Notes under the pieces: model-generated
Databases searched by the model: none
What the model saw: only the letters and a program-made list of their open reading frames with translations
Told to the model about the DNA's origin: nothing
Position numbers and translations under genes: made by a program
DNA from: a virus
DNA length: 64,000 bases
Virus record (IMG/VR): IMGVR_UViG_3300023179_000019
Direction: 5' to 3' (one strand)
Shown here: piece by piece, positions 1-9,194 of the stretch
Numbering within the stretch: the first letter of the stretch is position 1
Layout: each line of letters opens with the position of its first letter

Positions 1-1
1 T

Positions 2-796
2 GCTGGTGTAGGCAAGACTACAATTGCCAAAGCACTATGCGAAGAAGTTGGTTGTGACTATATTGTTATCAATGGTTCGGATGAGAATGGTGTTGATACC
101 ATTCGTATCAAAATTAAAAACTATGCTTCATCAGTAAGCTTGATGGGTGGCCGCAAGGTCATTATTCTTGATGAAGCAGATTATCTAACGCCTAATGCAC
201 AGGCTATTCTACGTGCTTCTATTGAAGAATTTGCAAGTAATTGTTCTTTTATCTTTACTTGTAACTTCAAAAATCGCATTATTGATCCAATACATTCTCG
301 TTGCACCGTCATTGACTTTCGAGTTAACGGTCAGAAAGCTAAATTGGCTGCACAGTTTTTCAAACGTGTAGAATGGATACTTGGTGAAGAAAACATCACT
401 TATGATAAAGAAGTGGTTGCTGCTGTTATCACCAAACACTTTCCCGATAATCGTAGAATTCTAAACGAACTTCAACGATATGCGGTATCTGGCACTATCG
501 ACAAAGGTATTCTTGCAGCAGTAAGTGATATTCAATTAAATGAACTCACTAAAGCCTTGAAAGAAAAAGACTTTGCATCATGTCGTAAATGGGTCACCAA
601 CAACTTAGACAACGATCCTGCACGAATCTTCCGTAAACTATATGATGGTCTGTATGAACTATTGAAACCAGACACCGTACCCGCACTGGTTCTTATTCTC
701 GCTAAGTATCAGTATCAAGTGGCTTTTGTTGCTGATTCTGAAATCAACTTGATTGCTTGTTTGACAGAAATTATGGTGGACTGTGAGTTTAAATGA
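2..796 (+). CDS. gp44: Clamp loader large subunit (RFC/AAA+), 5'-truncated by the window
   Basis: Frame is open from base 2 (AGVGKTT Walker A); DEAD Walker B and SRC motif; lies before gp62-regA. Confidence 0.95.
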   Translation, partial: AGVGKTTIAKALCEEVGCDYIVINGSDENGVDTIRIKIKNYASSVSLMGGRKVIILDEADYLTPNAQAILRASIEEFASNCSFIFTCNFKNRIIDPIHSRCTVIDFRVNGQKAKLAAQFFKRVEWILGEENITYDKEVVAAVITKHFPDNRRILNELQRYAVSGTIDKGILAAVSDIQLNELTKALKEKDFASCRKWVTNNLDNDPARIFRKLYDGLYELLKPDTVPALVLILAKYQYQVAFVADSEINLIACLTEIMVDCEFK

Positions 797-1395
797 TTTA
801 TACAAACGAAAATATGAATCTCTTTTGGACAACAAAAGAAAAAGTTTATGATTACACAAAAAACTTGACAAGTGTTGTATATGCTTTTTCTTGGTTGGAT
901 TCTATGCCACCACAGAACCAATGGCCTTTCATGTTAGAGGAAACTTTTTATTTTGGTATGGCTGGGGGTCTAAAAGATAACTATACAGCAGATAGGAAAG
1001 AAGCACACAGAGAGCCTTCTTTGACTACTGCACCACACGCAAGAATGAAACAACATCTACCTAGGTTCAGTAATCCCAATGGTAATTTTGGTTCTGAAAA
1101 GAGAAAGTATGAACTATATCACAGTTTGTATAGTGAGGACACTACCTCAGAAAAGACTTTTTATATTGCACTTCTAATACCAAAAAGTCATGTTCCAGCA
1201 GTTGGTATGAGAAATTTACTATCATTGGTTGAGAGTGAACAAATTTATCAATATCAAAAAATGTTTGGTCGTTTACCTTATTTAAATCTTGCAGAAGCCG
1301 ATGATTTTAGTGATTCTAGAAAAAAAGAAGATTCTATTTCTCAGAAGTATATAAAGAGAATTAACAAACAAGATATAACGCAATGGATGAATTAA
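793..1395 (+). CDS. Putative divergent GIY-YIG nuclease between gp44 and gp62
   Basis: VVY...FYFG...ARMKQH...VESEQI...PYLN matches the GIY/YIG/R/E/N motif order. Confidence 0.55.
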   Translation: MIYTNENMNLFWTTKEKVYDYTKNLTSVVYAFSWLDSMPPQNQWPFMLEETFYFGMAGGLKDNYTADRKEAHREPSLTTAPHARMKQHLPRFSNPNGNFGSEKRKYELYHSLYSEDTTSEKTFYIALLIPKSHVPAVGMRNLLSLVESEQIYQYQKMFGRLPYLNLAEADDFSDSRKKEDSISQKYIKRINKQDITQWMN

Positions 1396-1396
1396 T

Positions 1397-1783
1397 ATGC
1401 CTGACCTGTTCAAAGAAATTATTCCATCCATACTCACAACTAAAAAATCTGTAATCTATGATGAGTTAGATTTAAAGGACTATCATCCTTTCTTGGTTAA
1501 CCGTGCCTTGTCTTATCACATGGATTGTGTTTTGTATGCAAATGAAATTAATCTTCATCCGCATCTAGACAAGGATCTACAATATCACTATCTTCTAAAT
1601 ACTATAAGGTCGATGAAACGGAAATTTCAACCGTGGCAGAAATCATCAACCGATAAAGACATAGAATCCGTTAAGACTTATTTTGGTTACTCAAATGAGA
1701 AGGCCAAAGAAGCTCTGCGTATTCTTAATGAAGAACAACTCGCTGAAATAAGAAAAAAAACAGATAAAGGCGGAACAAAGTGA
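1397..1783 (+). CDS. gp62: Clamp loader small subunit
   Basis: YHPFLVNRALS, YFGYSNEKAKEAL; synteny. Confidence 0.93.
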   Translation: MPDLFKEIIPSILTTKKSVIYDELDLKDYHPFLVNRALSYHMDCVLYANEINLHPHLDKDLQYHYLLNTIRSMKRKFQPWQKSSTDKDIESVKTYFGYSNEKAKEALRILNEEQLAEIRKKTDKGGTK

Positions 1784-2190
1784 TGATTAATATTACAGAC
1801 TTAGTTGAAGTGACTTTAAAAGAAAAAGACGATTTTCTCAAAGTTCGTGAAACGTTAACACGAATTGGTATCGCATCAAAAAAAGAAAACATACTATACC
1901 AATCCTGTCATATTTTACACAAACAAGGTAAGTACTACATCGTACATTTTAAAGAATTGTTTGCTTTAGATGGTAAACCAACAGACATTTCCGAAAATGA
2001 TTTGTCACGCAGAAATGCAATTGTTAAACTACTACAGGATTGGGGTCTTGTGGGTATTGTGAATGTATCGAAAATTGAAAACCCACCTCCAATTTTCTTA
2101 TCACAAATAAAAATTATTCCACACAAAGAAAAAGACAAGTGGGAATTGGTACCAAAATACCAAATCGGAGCTAAGATTAAGAAGGAATAG
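1780..2190 (+). CDS. regA: Translational repressor RegA
   Basis: DDFLKVRETLTRIGIAS, LYQSCHILHKQGKYYIVHFKELF. Confidence 0.97.
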   Translation: MMINITDLVEVTLKEKDDFLKVRETLTRIGIASKKENILYQSCHILHKQGKYYIVHFKELFALDGKPTDISENDLSRRNAIVKLLQDWGLVGIVNVSKIENPPPIFLSQIKIIPHKEKDKWELVPKYQIGAKIKKE

Positions 2191-2197
2191 GTGTAAA

Positions 2198-2610
2198 ATG
2201 TTAAAGACTTTCAAACAATATTTGTTCACCATAACGGTAAACATGTAGGAACAATAGAAAGTTATCATGGTACACATAAAGGTGACACTGAACCTAATGT
2301 TTTACATGTTAATAGAACAGCATTGCATCAAAAACACCAAGGAAAACATGTTATGAGTGATGTTTATAAACACTTAATTAAGCATCATGGAATAAATTTA
2401 AGGTCCGACCACCAATTATCAGGAGCTGGCGCTAAAATGTGGCATAATGTATATAAGGATCCTGAAATTAAAGTCACCAGAGCTCACCGATTGACACCAG
2501 AAAATAAAATGAAAGTAACAGACGACCCTAATGATTATGAAAAAAATCATTTTCATCCATTTGCTGGGGATTATGGTACACATTTTGATGCAAGAGCAAA
2601 AAAATCATAA
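2198..2610 (+). pseudogene. His-rich GNAT-like protein, apparently frameshifted near its 5' end
   Basis: ATG 2198 gives MLKTFKQYL and then stops; the -1 frame is open 2197-2610 with LHQKHQGKHVMSDVY and SDHQLSGAGAKMW. Confidence 0.45.
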
Positions 2611-2615
2611 AATGC

Positions 2616-2645
2616 TTGACACATTAGTATAAATACTAATATAAT
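2616..2645 (+). promoter_or_regulatory. sigma70 promoter (TTGACA-18-TATAAT) with nested T4 late promoter TATAAATA (2628-2635) and palindrome ATTAGTAT-AA-ATACTAAT
   Basis: Motifs read directly upstream of hsp20. Confidence 0.75.
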
Positions 2646-2683
2646 TATGGTGCCGTGCTCATCGAGGCGGCAATTTTTTAAAA

Positions 2684-2700
2684 CTCGCTTAACTAAGGAG
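2684..2700 (+). promoter_or_regulatory. ROSE-like RNA thermometer hairpin
   Basis: CUC(G)CUU-AACU-AAGGAG: the SD is paired, with a bulged G, upstream of a small heat shock gene. Confidence 0.65.
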
Positions 2701-2706
2701 AAAGCA

Positions 2707-3156
2707 ATGACTTACATTAAAGATGTATTTGGTAAGGACCTTTTTGGTCAATTTCAACCATTCACGGTCGGTTTCGATCACACTCTAGACACACTCAAAC
2801 AAATTGCGGAACAATCTGCAAAGGTTGCTGGGTATCCTCCGTACAATATCAAACAAGTCAAAGATAACAAATATGTTATTGAAATGGCTGTTGCTGGATT
2901 TGGAAAATCTGATATTGAAATGACGCTAGATGGCAACAAACTAGTCATCAAAGGTGCAACAAAGGATGATCCGGAAACTGATTATCTATACAAAGGTATT
3001 GCAAATCGTTCTTTTGAACGCACTTTTACTTTAGCTGATAAAGTTGAAATTAAAGATGCAGAATTGGTAAACGGCATGCTTAAGGTTTGGTTAGAGAATA
3101 TGATCAAAGCTCAAGACGCAATTAAGAAAATTACAATTAAAGAAAAGAACGAATAA
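2707..3156 (+). CDS. hsp20: Small heat shock protein Hsp20 (IbpA-like)
   Basis: YPPYNI, EMAVAGF, YKGIANRSFERTFTLAD, AELVNGML; SD AAGGAG. Confidence 0.95.
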   Translation: MTYIKDVFGKDLFGQFQPFTVGFDHTLDTLKQIAEQSAKVAGYPPYNIKQVKDNKYVIEMAVAGFGKSDIEMTLDGNKLVIKGATKDDPETDYLYKGIANRSFERTFTLADKVEIKDAELVNGMLKVWLENMIKAQDAIKKITIKEKNE

Positions 3157-3245
3157 TGAAAAACTTTCTTAAAAATTTTTATCATACTTGGTTAGAAGTT
3201 CGTAAGATGCAAACTGAATACGCTTATCGCACCCGTGGGGTCTAA
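3156..3245 (+). CDS. 29-aa small ORF (MKNFLKNFYHTWLEVRKMQTEYAYRTRGV)
   Basis: TAATG coupling to the hsp20 stop. Confidence 0.5.
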   Translation: MKNFLKNFYHTWLEVRKMQTEYAYRTRGV

Positions 3246-3246
3246 T

Positions 3247-3312
3247 ATGTGTAATTGGTGGCCCGTATCTGACGAAGAATGGGAAAATCTAAATTTTCCT
3301 AAAAACAAATAA
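3247..3312 (+). CDS. 21-aa small ORF (MCNWWPVSDEEWENLNFPKNK)
   Basis: Starts 1 nt after the previous stop and ends before a terminator. Confidence 0.4.
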   Translation: MCNWWPVSDEEWENLNFPKNK

Positions 3313-3321
3313 GTGGTAAAT

Positions 3322-3363
3322 AAATAGGGGATTGTTGACAATTCCCTATTTTTTTGTTATACT
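3322..3363 (+). terminator. Intrinsic terminator overlapping a sigma70 promoter (TTGACA 3335, 17 nt, TATACT 3358)
   Basis: AAATAGGGGATTG/CAATTCCCTATTT stem plus T-run. Confidence 0.75.
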
Positions 3364-3366
3364 CCA

Positions 3367-3576
3367 GTGATTATGAAAAAATTGACCCAAAATCCCAAAG
3401 AAGTCCTAAAAAAAGTTCGTTCTCGCACGAACTTGGATACCTTTTATACATACTCCCACTGGCCATCTAAAGAAATTGATGGTGTCACTTTTGTTCCTGT
3501 AGTAAAAAACTTACCAGGGGTCCAAACCCAAACGCTACACTATATGCGTAAAGATAATTTGGAATATGTCAGATGA
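3367..3576 (+). CDS. Hypothetical protein
   Basis: ORF after promoter, ATGA-coupled to the next gene. Confidence 0.7.
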   Translation: MIMKKLTQNPKEVLKKVRSRTNLDTFYTYSHWPSKEIDGVTFVPVVKNLPGVQTQTLHYMRKDNLEYVR

Positions 3577-4496
3577 AAATTTTGGGAATCAACACCTCAC
3601 ATAACGCTTCGATTTGCCAAATTACAGACGGCAAAATTGATTTCTATCTAGAGGAAGATAGGTTCAATAAGATAAAAAATTATTGTCCACATCATTCTCA
3701 AAAAACAGAATATCTATCGATTAAACCTCATGCAAACACCTTTTATGATAAGGTAATCATTTCATCTTTTGATAGATTTTTACCCTTCAAAGAAAACTCC
3801 CAAAATTGGGATGATATTATTAATGAAGATTTATTGAAACAATTAAATAACTTTAATTCGTCTTACTTTAGTCTTAGACATCATCACTTATATCACGCTT
3901 ATTGTGGTTTCTATTTTTCCAAATTTGATGAAGCTTTATGTATCGTTATGGATGGTGGCGGAACACAACCATATAAACCAGGTTTCCAAGAAATTGAAAG
4001 CGTTTACTTTCTGACAAAAAAAACAAATACTTGTCATTATAAACACATGACAAATTCTCGATTCGTCAATAGACCATTTGAACCTATTGAACCAGAATAT
4101 GATAATGTTGATGGAGTTGACTTACAATTTTCTTCCAAACACAGTTCAGGCCAACAATTTAGTATTTTAACTTCTCAGTTAGGATTTGGATCGGGTTCAG
4201 AAGCTGGAAAAACTATGGGACTAGCTAGTTACGGTAATAAATCTGGTAATAAACCAGAAGATGAAGCCAAACGATTGCAAATCTCAACAAAAAAAGATAC
4301 AATTAAATTAATTAAAAAGGCAATGTCATACAACAAATGCAAAAACATTGTGTTGTCTGGTGGTTATTCTTTAAATTGTGTAAACAATTATGAATATGTT
4401 AAAGAATTTCCTAATTATAATTTCTTTGTAGATCCTGTTGCACATGATGGTGGTACTGCTATTGGAGCAGCTCTTTGGGCCTATCAAAATGGTTAA
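3573..4496 (+). CDS. Carbamoyltransferase N-terminal (Kae1-like) domain, NodU/CmcH family
   Basis: ILGINTSHNAS, EEDRF, HHLYHA, MDGGG, GKTMGLASYG, LSGGYSLNCVNN, DGGTAIGAA. Confidence 0.9.
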   Translation: MKILGINTSHNASICQITDGKIDFYLEEDRFNKIKNYCPHHSQKTEYLSIKPHANTFYDKVIISSFDRFLPFKENSQNWDDIINEDLLKQLNNFNSSYFSLRHHHLYHAYCGFYFSKFDEALCIVMDGGGTQPYKPGFQEIESVYFLTKKTNTCHYKHMTNSRFVNRPFEPIEPEYDNVDGVDLQFSSKHSSGQQFSILTSQLGFGSGSEAGKTMGLASYGNKSGNKPEDEAKRLQISTKKDTIKLIKKAMSYNKCKNIVLSGGYSLNCVNNYEYVKEFPNYNFFVDPVAHDGGTAIGAALWAYQNG

Positions 4497-5019
4497 TATA
4501 ACAAACAAAACTGTAGCGGTTGATCATTTGATTGATCAAAAAGTAGTTGCAATATTTCAAGGACACTCCGAATGGGGTCCTAGAGCTCTAGGTAATCGTT
4601 CAATTCTTTTTGATCCTAGAAATCCAAAAGGCAAAGATATTATTAATGGTATAAAGAAACGTGAATGGTTTAGGCCTTTTGCTGGAACAATTATGTTGGA
4701 ACACGTACATGATTACTTTGAAATGTTGACCATAAAAGAATCTCCCTACATGACGTTTGCTGTTCAAGCAAAAGAAAAAGCAATCAAAGAAGTACCATCA
4801 ATTATTCACGTTGACAATACTTGCAGAATACAAACAGTCACTAGAGAACAAAATAAACACTTCTATGAATTGATTGAAGAATTTTACAAAAGAACAGGAA
4901 CACCGATTCTATTCAATACTTCATTCAATTTGGCTGGAGAACCTTTGGTTGAAACACTTGAAGATGCGGTTAGTACCGTGAATAGGTCGAGAATCGATTA
5001 CTTGTATTTACCGGAATAA
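4489..5019 (+). CDS. Carbamoyltransferase C-terminal (YrdC-like) domain
   Basis: SEWGPRALGNRSIL, KKREWFRPFA, HVDNTCRIQTV, NTSFNLAGEPLV. Confidence 0.92.
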   Translation: MVNITNKTVAVDHLIDQKVVAIFQGHSEWGPRALGNRSILFDPRNPKGKDIINGIKKREWFRPFAGTIMLEHVHDYFEMLTIKESPYMTFAVQAKEKAIKEVPSIIHVDNTCRIQTVTREQNKHFYELIEEFYKRTGTPILFNTSFNLAGEPLVETLEDAVSTVNRSRIDYLYLPE

Positions 5020-5023
5020 AAAA

Positions 5024-5209
5024 ATGTTACAAACTATTTACAATTGGATAAGATATTCTGGAGCGAATATTACAATTAAATTAAATCCACTTCATTGGAG
5101 AATTAATTGTGGTTTTAAATCAACAAACGAAATTTGGGAAGTCGATTATTTTATTTTAGAATTTTTACCTATAACTATACGTGTGTGGTTTGACAATGGC
5201 GATTGGTAA
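5024..5209 (+). CDS. Hypothetical protein
   Basis: ORF within the operon. Confidence 0.6.
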   Translation: MLQTIYNWIRYSGANITIKLNPLHWRINCGFKSTNEIWEVDYFILEFLPITIRVWFDNGDW

Positions 5210-5603
5210 AAAAATAATTGTCAATGGTACGTTCGATATACTTCATGTCGGACATATTGCACTTTTAGAATATGCTAGAAGTCTCGGTGACCAGTTGTTG
5301 GTCTGTATAGATAGTGATAGGCGAGTAAAAGAATTAAAGGGTGAGTCTAGACCAATCAATAATCAATATGACAGAATAAGAATGTTGTGTGCATTAAGAT
5401 GTGTTGATATGGTTTGGATGTTTGATAGTGAACAAAATTTAATTGATCAGATTAAATTATATGAACCAGATATTATGGTTAAAGGTTCCGATTACATAGA
5501 AAAACCAATAATCGGACAATCGATGTGTAAGGAGATATTATTTTATGACAAAACAGAACATTCAACAACAAAAACCATTCAGAATATTATTGATAGGCGA
5601 TGA
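5196..5603 (+). CDS. Heptose-1-phosphate adenylyltransferase-like (HldE domain II/HldC)
   Basis: NGTFDILHVGH, DSDRRVKELKGESRPIN, VKGSDY, STT. Confidence 0.85.
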   Translation: MAIGKKIIVNGTFDILHVGHIALLEYARSLGDQLLVCIDSDRRVKELKGESRPINNQYDRIRMLCALRCVDMVWMFDSEQNLIDQIKLYEPDIMVKGSDYIEKPIIGQSMCKEILFYDKTEHSTTKTIQNIIDRR

Positions 5604-6306
5604 TTGCCTTGATGAGTATCAATACGGTGTCGTAGAGAGATTAAGTCCTGAAGCACCAGTTCCGGTTTTTAAGTTTCAACGAAAAGAGCAAAAGCCAGGA
5701 ATGGCGGCTAACGTATATCAGAATCTTGTGAATCTAGGTTGTAAAGTTAATAGAATTTTTGGTAACCAATCTAAAAAAACAAGACTGATTGATTTAAAAT
5801 CCAAACAACACATCGTTCGTATTGATGAAGATTTAATAAGTAAATCATTAGTTATTGAACCTGATATATTACAAGATTATGACGCAATTGTTGTGAGCGA
5901 CTATAACAAAGGTACAGTTTCTTATGAAACGCTAGAGAATTTGCAAAACGTTTTTTCTGGTCCAATTTTTGTTGATACGAAAAAAACTGAACTTGATAGA
6001 ATGAACAAATGTATTGTAAAAATTAATACCCCTGAGTTCATGGCATCAAAAAGTAAGTGTGAAGAATTAATTGTAACTGCCGGAGAACAAGGCGCTTACT
6101 ACAAAGGAACAAGATATCCTGCAATGCCGGTAGAAGTTGCTGATGTCTGTGGTGCAGGCGATACATTTCTGGCAGCACTTACATACAAATATTTGCAAAC
6201 AAATAGTATTGAACAATCTATTCCTTTTGCAATTCAAGCAGCTTCTATAACTGTGCAACACTTAGGTGTTTACGCACCAGATTTAGGAGAAATAAATGCG
6301 TCTTGA
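5545..6306 (+). CDS. PfkB sugar kinase, heptose-7-phosphate kinase-like (HldE domain I/HldA)
   Basis: ERLSPEAPVPV, GMAANV, SDYNKG, DVCGAGDTF. Confidence 0.88.
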   Translation: MTKQNIQQQKPFRILLIGDDCLDEYQYGVVERLSPEAPVPVFKFQRKEQKPGMAANVYQNLVNLGCKVNRIFGNQSKKTRLIDLKSKQHIVRIDEDLISKSLVIEPDILQDYDAIVVSDYNKGTVSYETLENLQNVFSGPIFVDTKKTELDRMNKCIVKINTPEFMASKSKCEELIVTAGEQGAYYKGTRYPAMPVEVADVCGAGDTFLAALTYKYLQTNSIEQSIPFAIQAASITVQHLGVYAPDLGEINAS

Positions 6307-6652
6307 AGGCTTTGTTGAAAAAGGTTGGGGTCATGAATTTATTTTTGCAACCAACGACAAGTATTGCGGCAAATTATTAAAGTTTAATAAAGATGCCAAA
6401 TTCAGTATGCACTTTCATAGTGTCAAAGATGAAACTTGGTATGTGATGGATGGCAAGTTTAAAGTCGTTTGTATCAACACCGCCAACGCCACACAATATG
6501 AACATGAATTAAATCCTGGTGATACATGGCACAATCCGCCTTTACTTCCACATCAAGTTATTTGTCTCGAAGAAGGCACTTTAATTGAAGTAAGTACCCC
6601 CGATTCAGTAGAGGACAATTATCGTGTAATGAAAGGCGATAGTCAAAAGTGA
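6296..6652 (+). CDS. Cupin, mannose-6-phosphate-isomerase-like
   Basis: VEKGWGHE, SMHFHSVKDETW, PHQV, EVST. Confidence 0.8.
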   Translation: MRLEGFVEKGWGHEFIFATNDKYCGKLLKFNKDAKFSMHFHSVKDETWYVMDGKFKVVCINTANATQYEHELNPGDTWHNPPLLPHQVICLEEGTLIEVSTPDSVEDNYRVMKGDSQK

Positions 6653-7440
6653 ATATCTTATTAACAGGTCACCGTGGATTTATCGGTTCACATTTACTCA
6701 AAGCGTTAGAAGAAAAAGGACATAATGTATCGACCTATGAATGGGGCGATGGCAATATGCCTAGCGTTATCGAACAAGATTGGGTAATGCATGTTGGCGC
6801 AATTAGTTCTACAACCGAAAGAGATGTTGAAAAAGTGATGCGACAAAATGTTGACTTTACTGAACAGTTGTATAATGCATGTAGGACATACGGAGTTAAC
6901 TTTCAATTCTCTAGCTCAGCATCAGTCTATGGGTTAATTAGTACGTTTAGGGAAGATGATCCTGTTGATCCAAAGACACCTTATGCTTGGTCGAAGTATC
7001 TAAGTGAAAGATACATCAATAGACACATGGGTGGTAACATCACTCAGATGTTTAGATATTTTAATGTGTATGGTCCGGAAGGCGAAGAACACAAGGGTGA
7101 CCAAGCAAGTCCATATTTTAAATTCACTAAACAAGCCAAAGAAAAAAGAAGAATTAAACTTTTTGATGGCAGCAATAATTATCATAGAGATTTTATTCAT
7201 GTTAGTAAAATAGTTGATACACACCTTAAATTTTTAAATATCAAAGAATCTGGTACTTGGAATGTTGGTACCGGAACAACCAAAAGTTTTATGCATGTTG
7301 CATCAGAAGTATCAAAAACATGGCCTTCTATTGTTGAATTCATTTCAATGCCAAAAGAATTAGAACAATCTTATCAAAAATATACTTGTGCTGATATGAC
7401 AAAGATGAACAAGACATTAGAAGCTTTGCAAAGTGAGTGA
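6649..7440 (+). CDS. hldD: ADP-L-glycero-D-manno-heptose 6-epimerase-like SDR
   Basis: TGHRGFIGS, GAISSTTE, SSASVYG, YAWSK, RYFNVYGP..EHKGDQAS, YQKYTCAD. Confidence 0.85.
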   Translation: MNILLTGHRGFIGSHLLKALEEKGHNVSTYEWGDGNMPSVIEQDWVMHVGAISSTTERDVEKVMRQNVDFTEQLYNACRTYGVNFQFSSSASVYGLISTFREDDPVDPKTPYAWSKYLSERYINRHMGGNITQMFRYFNVYGPEGEEHKGDQASPYFKFTKQAKEKRRIKLFDGSNNYHRDFIHVSKIVDTHLKFLNIKESGTWNVGTGTTKSFMHVASEVSKTWPSIVEFISMPKELEQSYQKYTCADMTKMNKTLEALQSE

Positions 7441-7897
7441 TGAATCAAATTTATTAAAGGGTCGTAATAGTTACGATAGTAATATTGGCGGCAGTTTGGT
7501 GGCGTTTTTAAACAGAAATGTGACGCCTTACCCTACAGAATCTAGTGGTCCAAAATTTGATCTAGTTCCTGTTACTGAGCAAAAAGATTTGATGCTGAAT
7601 GTGGCTCGTATGCACGCTCAGCAAGAATATGATAGAATCATGGACTTGGTACAGGTGTTACAAAAACAAGCTGAACAAATCAAACGCAGATTATACATTA
7701 CTGATGCAGTACATGCCGCCAAATATGATTTTAAAACTTATCCTGGTCAATGTTATTGGTTGATCTATGATACAGAAAAAAATATAACTAGACTAGTTAG
7801 AAATGGTCCAAATGATTGGAGTTCATCGGCTCCAGAAAATTATGATTATGTTTGCCAAGTTAAATGGTTGGGTGATTTTACGTGGATTGAAGTTTGA
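7433..7897 (+). CDS. Hypothetical protein (DUF2452-like)
   Basis: PYPTE..GPKF, HAQQEYDRI; recalled family resemblance. Confidence 0.6.
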   Translation: MSDESNLLKGRNSYDSNIGGSLVAFLNRNVTPYPTESSGPKFDLVPVTEQKDLMLNVARMHAQQEYDRIMDLVQVLQKQAEQIKRRLYITDAVHAAKYDFKTYPGQCYWLIYDTEKNITRLVRNGPNDWSSSAPENYDYVCQVKWLGDFTWIEV

Positions 7898-8433
7898 TGA
7901 AACAGAAATTTATTGATGCTTATATGGATGTGGCACATCGATTTGCACAGTTATCAAGCGCAAAGCGTTTAAAGGTCGGTGCTATAATTGTCAAAGATGA
8001 CCGAATTATTTCAATTGGTTATAATGGTATGCCATCTGGTTGGACAAATGAATGTGAAACTAAAGAATACATGAGTGACGATGCTGGTGGTTGGTTAAGT
8101 CCGGATGAAATTGAACAACGATGGCCATTTAAAGAAAAACTAGAACTAGTAGATGCCAACGAAGGTTCCGTTATGATCACTAGGCGTTATGCACTTAAAA
8201 CCAAAGATGAAGTCATTCATGCCGAAGCCAATGCAATCGCCAAACTTGCTAAATGTACCGAATCTGGTGATGGATCCACCATGTTTTTAACCCATGCACC
8301 ATGCATACATTGTGCCAAACAAATCTATACCGCAGGCATTAAAACGGTATATTTTGATTCGGCATATAGGGACGATGTGGGCTTGACATTCTTAAAAAAA
8401 TGTGATATACTAGTGAATCAGGTGGGTAAGTAA
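7894..8433 (+). CDS. cd: dCMP deaminase
   Basis: VGAIIVK, GYNG, HAEANA, PCIHC. Confidence 0.93.
   Translation: MMKQKFIDAYMDVAHRFAQLSSAKRLKVGAIIVKDDRIISIGYNGMPSGWTNECETKEYMSDDAGGWLSPDEIEQRWPFKEKLELVDANEGSVMITRRYALKTKDEVIHAEANAIAKLAKCTESGDGSTMFLTHAPCIHCAKQIYTAGIKTVYFDSAYRDDVGLTFLKKCDILVNQVGK
8383..8411 (+). promoter_or_regulatory. sigma70 promoter TTGACA-17-TATACT
   Basis: Consensus match inside the 3' end of cd. Confidence 0.6.
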
Positions 8434-8519
8434 TTTCACCTGATGAAATTGGTTTTTTTTCCTAAATATTGGGAAACATACTATCTCGTAAGTTTTTGAA
8501 TTGTGCATAAAGGTCTAAA

Positions 8520-9068
8520 ATGAAACTGAGCATAATCGGATGTCCTGAAAAGAAAAAATTTCGTCCCTATGTTAAAAGGGCGGCATTATTCTATGCCGAT
8601 CTTTTGTTTACGTCAAAAATGACGGAAAATCTTTTTTTACAAATTAAATTTAATAAAAAAGTTGATGTGTTCGGATATGCATCAATTACTGGTTATAATG
8701 ATAGTGGTAAACCTAGAGATTTTTTAATTGAACTAAATCCAAATGTTGCCGCTTATGATATATTGAAAACGTTAGCCCATGAAATGGTTCACGTAAAACA
8801 ATATGCATATTCAGAAATGGATGAAAAAGGAACAAGATGGAAAGGATCACATATTGATCCTTCAAAAACAGATTATTGGACTGAACCGTGGGAAGTAGAA
8901 GCTTATGGTTTAGAACCTGGAATGTTTACAAAGTTCGCAGTTAAAGAAAAATTGTGGACAGTATTTAAAAATGTTACTAATCCAAATGATGCAATAAAGT
9001 TGGAACCTCTAGGATGGTCTGATGAAACCGATGTTGCAGAAATACAACAAATAGAAAATAATGCTTGA
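8520..9068 (+). CDS. HExxH zinc metallopeptidase-like protein
   Basis: TLAHEMVHVKQY ... PWEVEAY. Confidence 0.75.
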   Translation: MKLSIIGCPEKKKFRPYVKRAALFYADLLFTSKMTENLFLQIKFNKKVDVFGYASITGYNDSGKPRDFLIELNPNVAAYDILKTLAHEMVHVKQYAYSEMDEKGTRWKGSHIDPSKTDYWTEPWEVEAYGLEPGMFTKFAVKEKLWTVFKNVTNPNDAIKLEPLGWSDETDVAEIQQIENNA

Positions 9069-9100
9069 TAATTTTGTTGGTTTGTGTAGAATAGATATAT

Positions 9101-9188
9101 GGAAGTGTGGATGAGTGGTTTAAATCAGCAGTCTTGAAAACTGCCGGCTGTAAAAGGTCCGTGAGTTCGAATCTCACCGCTTCCGCCA
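9101..9188 (+). tRNA. tRNA-Ser(TGA)
   Basis: Cloverleaf, long variable arm, CCA. Confidence 0.95.
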
Positions 9189-9194
9189 GATTTT

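Noticed and set aside
4438-4496. Frameshift error splitting the carbamoyltransferase
   Set aside because: The break is at the natural domain boundary and the second half has its own overlapping ATG
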